Below, one piece after another: positions 17,527-24,800 of a DNA stretch of 32,447 nt (the stretch's first letter is position 1; each line of letters begins with the position of its first letter). Where the stretch lies: contig JBHHTN010000001.1 of NCBI GenBank assembly GCA_046753405.1, positions 1-32,447 on the forward strand. Direction: 5' to 3'. A program made the translations under genes and the position numbers. The notes below the pieces were generated by a model. It was not told the origin of the DNA. It was given only the letters and a program-made list of their open reading frames with translations, and searched no databases. Origin of the DNA: Candidatus Micrarchaeia archaeon (lineage in GTDB: Archaea; Micrarchaeota; Micrarchaeia; Norongarragalinales; CAINOH01).

Positions 17527-19122
17527 TCACAAAGAAGCGTATTTTTTTGAAAACTTTCTTGCCTCGCGCGTTTTGGCGTTGGCCGTTTCCATAACCGACA
17601 AAAGTTCTACGAAGTGGCTTTCGTAATACTTTTTGTCTGACTGCATTCTCTCAAGGTGAAGAGAGTAATACCTCGTGGAGGCTTCGCGGAACTTGTTGTC
17701 GTTACGCTTCATTTTCTCGTATTCTTTTGCGGAAAAAGCAGGAAACACTCCGCTTAAGTGGATAAGGTTGACGTCAAGCAAGTCGAAAACCGACTTCAAC
17801 TCGCCTTTCAGCTCCTCTGAAAACCTCGGAGAATCCGGCAAGGCCGCCCTTAAGTCTTGTGCAAAGACTTTGCCTAAGTCCGCTAATTGCTCTATTGAAT
17901 TTGAAATTCTCACCAAAAGCGCGGTTTTCATGGCTTCGTTTTTGTCAAGCTTGCGCTTTGAAAGGAGTACTATTGCCGCTTCGATTTTTTCATCCAAAAA
18001 GTCGTTCAAAGCCTCTAATTTCACGACCCTTTGAAGCTTTTTGTCCTCGAAGTCAGCTAAAAGAGTCGACGCTTCCTCAAACAGCCTGCGCGTCACAATA
18101 AGCGAATAAGACAATTCTTTTTCAATGATTTTGAAAGCGTGCTTGTTGCCTTCTGGCAACTGTTCCTGCAAAAACTTTGTTTTAATCAGTATTTCCTCTT
18201 CTTTTCCTGGAACAACTCTTTCGATGACTTTCTTGAATTGGTTTAGGAATACTAAGAAAACTATCAAAGTAAGGACGTTGAAGACCAAGTGTGCGTTTGC
18301 AACCTGTTGAGCCACGCTTCCTCCAAAACTCTCCACCAAACCTGCAAGAGGGCCGATGAATGGAAAAAACAACAACGCGCCTCCCAAATTGAAAAACAAG
18401 TGCGCTACTGCTGAGCGTTTTGCGTGCAAGCTCATGCGGGAAGACGCAAAAAAAGAAGTTATAGTGGTTCCAATGTTTGTTCCAAGAAGAAGCGGAATGC
18501 CCTGCGAAAGGGTGATCAAGCCTCCTGAGGCAAGCAAAACCACAACGCCGGTTGTAACAGAACTCGACTGCACAATGGCGGTGAAAACAAGGCCTGCCAG
18601 AACCGCGACAAAAACGTTTGACAAAGAAGAAAAGTAGTTTATTACAACGGGATCTGTTTTGAAGGGCTCTATTGCACTTGACATGAGCGTCAAACTGAAG
18701 AAAACAAGTCCAAAGTAAAACAAGGGCTTTCCCAAAAACTTGTATCTGCCGCCAACAATGCTTGTCAGGAAACCAAGTATAATGAAAACCGGTGCAAAAG
18801 ACGTGAGTTTCAAAGCAACAAGCTGTGCGGTAATGGTCGTGCCAACGTTTGCGCCGAAAATTACTCCGAGACTTTGGGCAAACGAAATCGTTCCGGCGTT
18901 CACAAGCCCTACTGCAATGATAGTCGTCGCCGTGCTCGACTGAACCATTGCAGTAACAAGCGCACCTAAAACTGATCCTTTAAGCGGGCTCTGCGTAAGG
19001 CTTGAAAGAATTTCCCTGAACCTTTGTCCTGCAACTTTCTGGATTTCACTGCTGAAGTTTTCAATGCCGTACAAAAAAAGAATCAACGCTGTTGCAAGCG
19101 CAAAAACCAATTCAAATACCAA
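17527..19122 (-). CDS. Na+/phosphate cotransporter family protein with C-terminal PhoU-like domain
   Basis: 531 aa. Has two Na/Pi-cotransporter repeats (VQSSTATTIIAVGL and VQSSSVTTGVVVLL, each with GANVGTT/GTNIGTT) followed by a helical cytoplasmic tail. Starts at TTG, 18 nt after the endA stop. Confidence 0.85.
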   Translation of the reverse strand: MVFELVFALATALILFLYGIENFSSEIQKVAGQRFREILSSLTQSPLKGSVLGALVTAMVQSSTATTIIAVGLVNAGTISFAQSLGVIFGANVGTTITAQLVALKLTSFAPVFIILGFLTSIVGGRYKFLGKPLFYFGLVFFSLTLMSSAIEPFKTDPVVINYFSSLSNVFVAVLAGLVFTAIVQSSSVTTGVVVLLASGGLITLSQGIPLLLGTNIGTTITSFFASSRMSLHAKRSAVAHLFFNLGGALLFFPFIGPLAGLVESFGGSVAQQVANAHLVFNVLTLIVFLVFLNQFKKVIERVVPGKEEEILIKTKFLQEQLPEGNKHAFKIIEKELSYSLIVTRRLFEEASTLLADFEDKKLQRVVKLEALNDFLDEKIEAAIVLLSKRKLDKNEAMKTALLVRISNSIEQLADLGKVFAQDLRAALPDSPRFSEELKGELKSVFDLLDVNLIHLSGVFPAFSAKEYEKMKRNDNKFREASTRYYSLHLERMQSDKKYYESHFVELLSVMETANAKTREARKFSKKYASL

Positions 19123-19140
19123 ATTACGTCAGGCCCCCCG

Positions 19141-20298
19141 TTAAGGTTGCACCCATTCTATTTCGTAGTACTCGTACTTGCTTTTGGGCACTTGGATTCT
19201 TTTTACTCGGTAGTAGGTGATTGCTGTTTCGCGGTCGCATATTGCAAGTACGAGGTCCAAACCGAGTTTTTTCGCTTTTTGAATTGCCTGGGCAAGCTCT
19301 GCACCGCCTATTTCCTCTTCTTCTGAAAGCGCAAGCATTACGAATTTGGGCCCTCCGTTTTTAGGCGTTTCAATCTCGGCTTTTTTTCGGTGGTAAAGCA
19401 AGAAGTCAAGTTCCGCGGCAACTTCTTTTTTAACCCCTGGAATTGCCAAAATAAACGTTTTTTTAACTCCGTGGGCGACTCTTATTGCGCGGGCCCACTC
19501 CGAGATAAGAAGCTTGGCTTCGCGGGGAAATACCTGGATTACGTGTTTTGAGTGCATCCACTGCGAGGTTTCAAGGGTTGGCAAAGCCCCTGGAAAGTAA
19601 AGCCGAAAGTGCGTGCCGAATTTGAATCCTGTTTTCAGCACGAACCCGTGCAGGCGCCAGTCTTCGTACACTTCGTAAAGAGACAAAAAGTCGCTTCTGC
19701 GCCTCAATGCTTCCTCGACGAGTTTTTTGCGGTTTATGTTGAGCTTGAACTTGCAGTGCTTCATTAAAAACAGGGTTTCGTACGCGTCGAGTTTAAGGAA
19801 CTTTCCGTGCTTTTTCGCCTTGTAGGTTCCGTACTGACCAAACCAATGCTCTTCATAAATTTCCTTGCCTTCCTCATGGTCGATTATGCTCATAAGGTCG
19901 TCGGAGAAAAACAATCCCCTGCTTTTTACATTGAATTTTTTGAAGTCTCCACTTGGATATTTTATCACCGGACTTCGACCGTAGTTTTTAACGGCTTCCT
20001 TAATGGGACGCGGAATTATTCCTCGGTCGCGCCAGTCTCGAAAGCAAAAGTAGCGGGCCAAAAACTTTTTGTTGTCCTGGAATTTTTCCGCCAAGACGTT
20101 GAATGAAACCTCTTTTCCCTTAAAATTGCAGGAAGCGTTGCGCACGTCAATCAAGTATAACGCTTCCTCTGGCAAAAGCTGCAACTGTGTTTTTTTTCCC
20201 TGGTATTCGACTCCGAAAAAACCCCGGTCAAGTGCCTGCACGCTGATAAGGTCGCGCACTATTACTTTTTTGTCTTCGTACTCAAAAGAAACGGCCAT
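19141..20298 (-). CDS. endA: tRNA-splicing endonuclease, multi-unit fused form
   Basis: 385 aa. The catalytic unit is YEDWRLHGFVLKTGFKFGTHFRLY...HSKHVIQV...AHGVKKTFILAI. A degenerate unit precedes it (ARYFCFRDWRDRGIIPRP). A further C-subdomain-like segment follows it (DFLLYHRK...KFVMLAL...LVLAICDRETAITYYRV). Confidence 0.85.
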   Translation of the reverse strand: MAVSFEYEDKKVIVRDLISVQALDRGFFGVEYQGKKTQLQLLPEEALYLIDVRNASCNFKGKEVSFNVLAEKFQDNKKFLARYFCFRDWRDRGIIPRPIKEAVKNYGRSPVIKYPSGDFKKFNVKSRGLFFSDDLMSIIDHEEGKEIYEEHWFGQYGTYKAKKHGKFLKLDAYETLFLMKHCKFKLNINRKKLVEEALRRRSDFLSLYEVYEDWRLHGFVLKTGFKFGTHFRLYFPGALPTLETSQWMHSKHVIQVFPREAKLLISEWARAIRVAHGVKKTFILAIPGVKKEVAAELDFLLYHRKKAEIETPKNGGPKFVMLALSEEEEIGGAELAQAIQKAKKLGLDLVLAICDRETAITYYRVKRIQVPKSKYEYYEIEWVQP

Positions 20299-20384
20299 TT
20301 TTCAAACAACTATCTTTTGAATATTTTTTTTTCTTCTTAATGTTTAAAACGCCAAGTAGAGTAATAAAAGCGAGTGTTTGAACT

Positions 20385-20837
20385 ATGTCAAAAGTGTTTT
20401 CGACAAGGGCGCAGGCTGCCCTTGAGTATATGCTGATAATAGGCGTCAGCCTTGCAATTTTGCTGCCCTTGTGGCTTTACGCGAATTCATCAATTGAGGA
20501 CACAAAGGCAAGCTTGCAGATTGCCTACGCTCGAAACAGCCTCAATAAAATCGGGGAAGCTGCTGACGCTGCTTTTGTTGAAGGGCCCCCTGCAAAGTTC
20601 TCCCTTTACCTTACTTTCCCCCAGGGAATTGAAAGCACTTCGGTTTCAGGACGGGAAGCTTCAATGCGGCTTAACTTGCTGGACCGGCCAGGATCGGTAT
20701 CCGACGTTTTCGTTTCAACAATCGGAAACATGACAGGAACGCTTCCAACGCAAAGCGGGCCTTTGAGGCTCTTTGTCAAAGCAGAGTACAATTCGACAAA
20801 CGGAGAGAACTACGTTAACATCACCGAAACCCCTTGA
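20385..20837 (+). CDS. prepilin-like protein with class III signal peptide
   Basis: MSKVFSTRA|QAALEYMLIIGVSLAILLPLWLY has a basic residue and small residue at -2/-1, Q at +1 and E at +5, then a hydrophobic helix. 150 aa. Confidence 0.75.
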   Translation: MSKVFSTRAQAALEYMLIIGVSLAILLPLWLYANSSIEDTKASLQIAYARNSLNKIGEAADAAFVEGPPAKFSLYLTFPQGIESTSVSGREASMRLNLLDRPGSVSDVFVSTIGNMTGTLPTQSGPLRLFVKAEYNSTNGENYVNITETP

Positions 20838-20878
20838 AATAAACGCGGAGATAAATTTTGGAAACGAAGGCTTTCTCG

Positions 20879-21289
20879 ATGAAATTTCTTGGAACGCGGG
20901 GACAACCCTCAGTTGAAATGATTACGATGGTAAGCTTGCTCGTCATAATCCTAGCCGGCTTTTCACTTGTCGCCTTCCAAAACTACAGCGAGTTTGTTGT
21001 TGACCGTCAATTCATTGAAGCGAAGGAAGTTGCAAGGCAAGTTGCAACGGAGATAAACACTGCAATAAGCGTTGGCTCCGGGTACGGCAGAATGTTCGCC
21101 TTGCGCGAAAGTTTTTACGGAGGCGAAGACTACGTGGTGAGAACTCTTCCAAACGATCAGGTGGTTGAAATAACTTGGGGTTCCTACAGGTACACCGTTC
21201 CCATTCTTTCATCAAACGTTGAAGAGAAAACGCTTGTAAACGGTAACAACACTATTTCTAATCAGGGAGGTCTGATAAAACTTGCGTGA
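20879..21289 (+). CDS. prepilin-like protein with class III signal peptide
   Basis: MKFLGTRG|QPSVEMITMVSLLVIILAGFSLVAF (RG, Q+1, E+5). I prefer ATG 20879 to the TTG at 20858. Confidence 0.7.
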   Translation: MKFLGTRGQPSVEMITMVSLLVIILAGFSLVAFQNYSEFVVDRQFIEAKEVARQVATEINTAISVGSGYGRMFALRESFYGGEDYVVRTLPNDQVVEITWGSYRYTVPILSSNVEEKTLVNGNNTISNQGGLIKLA

Positions 21290-21890
21290 GAGCAAACGCG
21301 GACAAGTTTTCACAGGAGACTTTGTTTTAAGCGTATTCGTGTTCTTGATCATTGTAACCGTCGCAGGCGTTTTTTGGAACAATTTAAACGACAGCATAAC
21401 TGCTTCCGAAAACCGCAAAGACTTGGAGTTTGCAACACTTGTTGCATCGGAGTCCCTTATACGCACGTCAGGCAACCCCTTCAACTGGAGCAACGACAAC
21501 CTTAGCGCGGTAAAAAGCATCGGGCTGGCCGTCAACGCTCAAAACCAGTCTGCCGACAGCCACATCATCAACGCAAGCAAGGCAGTAATGCTTGTCAGGT
21601 TAATGGAAGACAATTACAGCTTCGCTAAAAATGTTTTAGGACTCGGAGCTTTTGAATTCGGGTTTTCAATAACAAACAAATCGGGACAAGTGGTGAACGC
21701 CTCGTGCGAAGTGGGGTGCTGGTGCGGAAGCCCTTGTTGGAAGTCGCTTAATTACTCGACGTTTGACAGCGTGCAGGCAGACGACGCGGCAGTAATCAGA
21801 CGTATTGCGATAATAGACGTTGCAATTGAAGGCGACTTTAGAACAAGGAAAGTCGTGAACGTAAACGTGTTTGGGTGGAAAGAACCGTGA
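21282..21890 (+). CDS. prepilin-like protein with class III signal peptide
   Basis: M(TTG)RESKRG|QVFTGDFVLSVFVFLIIVTVAGVFW. GGGAGG at 21265-21270 lies 11 nt upstream. It overlaps the previous gene by 8 nt and carries several N-X-S/T sequons. Confidence 0.65.
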   Translation: MRESKRGQVFTGDFVLSVFVFLIIVTVAGVFWNNLNDSITASENRKDLEFATLVASESLIRTSGNPFNWSNDNLSAVKSIGLAVNAQNQSADSHIINASKAVMLVRLMEDNYSFAKNVLGLGAFEFGFSITNKSGQVVNASCEVGCWCGSPCWKSLNYSTFDSVQADDAAVIRRIAIIDVAIEGDFRTRKVVNVNVFGWKEP

Positions 21891-24800
21891 AGAAAGGGTT
21901 GGTGTTTACCTTGGACGCTATTTTCGCGCTGCTTATACTGCTTGCAATTATTCCGCTTGTTGAAAACGCGTACGTGCAAAGCGTTTCCCCATCGCTCATA
22001 CACGAACAGTTGCACTTGCAGTCGGAAGACGTTTCAAACGTTCTTGTGAAAATAAAAACCGGGGAAGCACTCAACGAATCAACGGTACTGCAACAGCTAC
22101 TGACAGAGCAAAGAATAACTCAAGACGACATGAGCCTGCCGTTGATTGAAGTCATAGGAAGATTCTGGGCAGCCAACACCACTGCGGACCTGGCAATAGC
22201 CCGCGACATAATTCAAGACGTTGTTGGAAATCTCACGCCGAAAAGCCTGGGTTGGGCAACTTACTTCGACCAAGACCAGATTACCGCGAACTTTTCCCCG
22301 CTTAATCTTTCGTTGTACGGCACTGCGGCAAGCAAAAGAATAGTTTCAGGGTTTGAAAAAAACAAGACATTAAGCGGCTGCATTGCGCGAACGTTTCTTG
22401 AGAGGGCAATAGGAAAACAGGCGGCCAAGTACTACTTCTTCGGAGGATTCATAGGACAAGGAAACGTCTCTGCAACAGTCCGCGGCGTTCCCTCGGATGC
22501 CAACATAAGTTTGATGTATCTGGAAGCAAACTTCGGCGACAACTTCACGCTGTACGTCAACGGCAACCACTGCGCTAATTTAAGCAAAAGCCCGGGAAAC
22601 TATTCAGTTGACGCGTTCAGCTTAAACTCTTCAAGTTACCCGCAGTGCATTGGAAACGTTTCCAAAGGAGCAGACAACAATTTTTCAATAAACTTTTCAG
22701 GAAATGATTTGGAAAAACAGTTCATCGGCGGCGGGTTCATAAAAATCGTGTACGACACCGGGCAGTTGTCTTACACTCAGGCAAACCTTTCACGGTATTA
22801 TTTTCCAGGGGTAAGCGGAATAATAAACAACTACGATTCATTCTACGTTCCTGGAAACGTAACCAACATAACCGCGTTCATTGACTACTACAGCAACTAC
22901 AGCGTTTACTTCAACGTGGGCAACACCACGATTTTCAACCGTTCAGGAAGCACCTCAAGACAGAACTTCACCATAACCAACGCGTCTTTTGCCTCAAACT
23001 TCAGCGACGACTACTCTCAACTTGGAGGCCAAAGCGTGCCAATAAGAATCGGCATCGACCCCTTGGCGTTTGTAAACAGTACAACAATAGGAAACGCGGA
23101 CGTCATTCTAATCACCGACTTGTCGGGAAGCATGTCCTGGCGCATTGACTCCAACACTGCAAGCGGAGCAAACACGTCTTGCACCGAATGCTCGGACTCC
23201 TGCATCAACGCGTCCAACGTGGTCCGCATAAACAAGGCAAAATGCGTTGACTTGGAGTTCGTAGACATTATTCTGAACAACAGCGGAAACCGCGTAGGAC
23301 TCACGGGCTTCAACACCAACGCCGACACGTCTTACACTGGGCTTACCGCGGACAAAACAAGTCTGCAAAGCCAAATAAACGGGTACTCCGCAGGCGGGGG
23401 AACATGCGTTTGCTGTTCAATAAACCGCGCGTACGACTTGATCCAAGAGCCGTACTACGAAACCCTTGTGCCAAGGCAAAATGAGTGGAGTTACAACACG
23501 TCTTTTGCAACAAGCGCGCCTTGGAACGACGCCGAAGGAGACAACTGGACAACCATGAACTACAACGACTCATTGTGGTCGAAGGCAAACGCGTCATTGG
23601 GCTTTGGAGGAGTTGACAGCGACATCGGAAACAACCTCGTCTTGTTGTCAAACGAACAGCTCAACGCATCCGAATACGAATTGGCATACGGAAGCGTCAT
23701 ATCGGGAACCTTGGGGGACACAAACAAGTCGGATGGCACAAACGCCCTTGTTTTGAACGAAAGCCTGGTTCTTCCCCCTGTGTATTACTACAATGAAAGC
23801 GAGGGACAGTCGTCAACAACTTCTACTTCCTGGCAGGAAAAAACAAGACTTGATTTTTCACCGATAGACGGCAACTACTTGATTTTGGTTACCGCTGAAG
23901 TGCAAGGCTCTTCCAGCTCCCGCGACGTACAGCTTAGAATGACTATTGACGGCCAAACACACTCCGAAATCAACTGGGAACCGGACATATCCTCAAACTG
24001 GGAACCTTTCGTTTCCCACAAACTACGTTCACTTGACTCCTCTTCACACAACATTACAATAGAATACTCCTCAGAGAACTCCGGACAAACTACGAGAATA
24101 CGCAACGCGAGAATAAGCGCAATAAGACTTGACGAGTACGTCTTGAACGAATCGGAATCCGAAAGCACGTTAACTTCCACGTATGCTGACAAAACGAATG
24201 TTTCCTTCACACCTTCAAGCGACGGGTACTACCTTGTAATTGCGACAGCGGAAGTAAAGGCGGGTTCAACCACATCCAGCATCGGCGCAAGGCTTCAAAT
24301 CGGAAGCACCACTTACGACGAGGTAAACATTGAAGGCGAAAACAGCAACGAGTACAAACCCTTCGCCTCGCATTCAATTTACCAGTTTACTGCAAGTCCT
24401 CAAACAGTGCACCTGCAAGCATTCTCCGAAGGAGGAAGTGCAAGCAAAAGAATAAGACGCGCGAGAATTTCGGTTGTGCGACTGACCGACTTTCTGAATT
24501 ACCAGTACCAAGAAAGCCTTTCCCGCACAACAACAACTTCAACCTCGTGGGTGAACAAAACAAGTCTGTCATTTACGCCTGCAAGTGAGGAAGACTACTT
24601 GATTGTTGCAAGCGCGCAAATCGATTACCCGACCCCGTCAAACTCCCGTTATCCAATGGCCAGAATGCTCGTCGACGGCGTCGAATACGGGTATATGCTC
24701 TGGGGCCTCTCAGACTCAAGCGACAAGTACAACTTTTTCTCAACAAAAAACATTTCGCTTTCCGCCTCACCACACACAATTACCATTCAATACCGAACAC

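Noticed and set aside
21875-21889. An apparent 16-nt overlap of the giant ORF with the preceding pilin-like gene, considered as a possible programmed frameshift fusion.
   Set aside because: An in-frame GTG at 21887 gives a typical short prepilin leader (MKKG|LVFTLD) with a GTGA stop-start overlap. Ordinary translational coupling explains the geometry.
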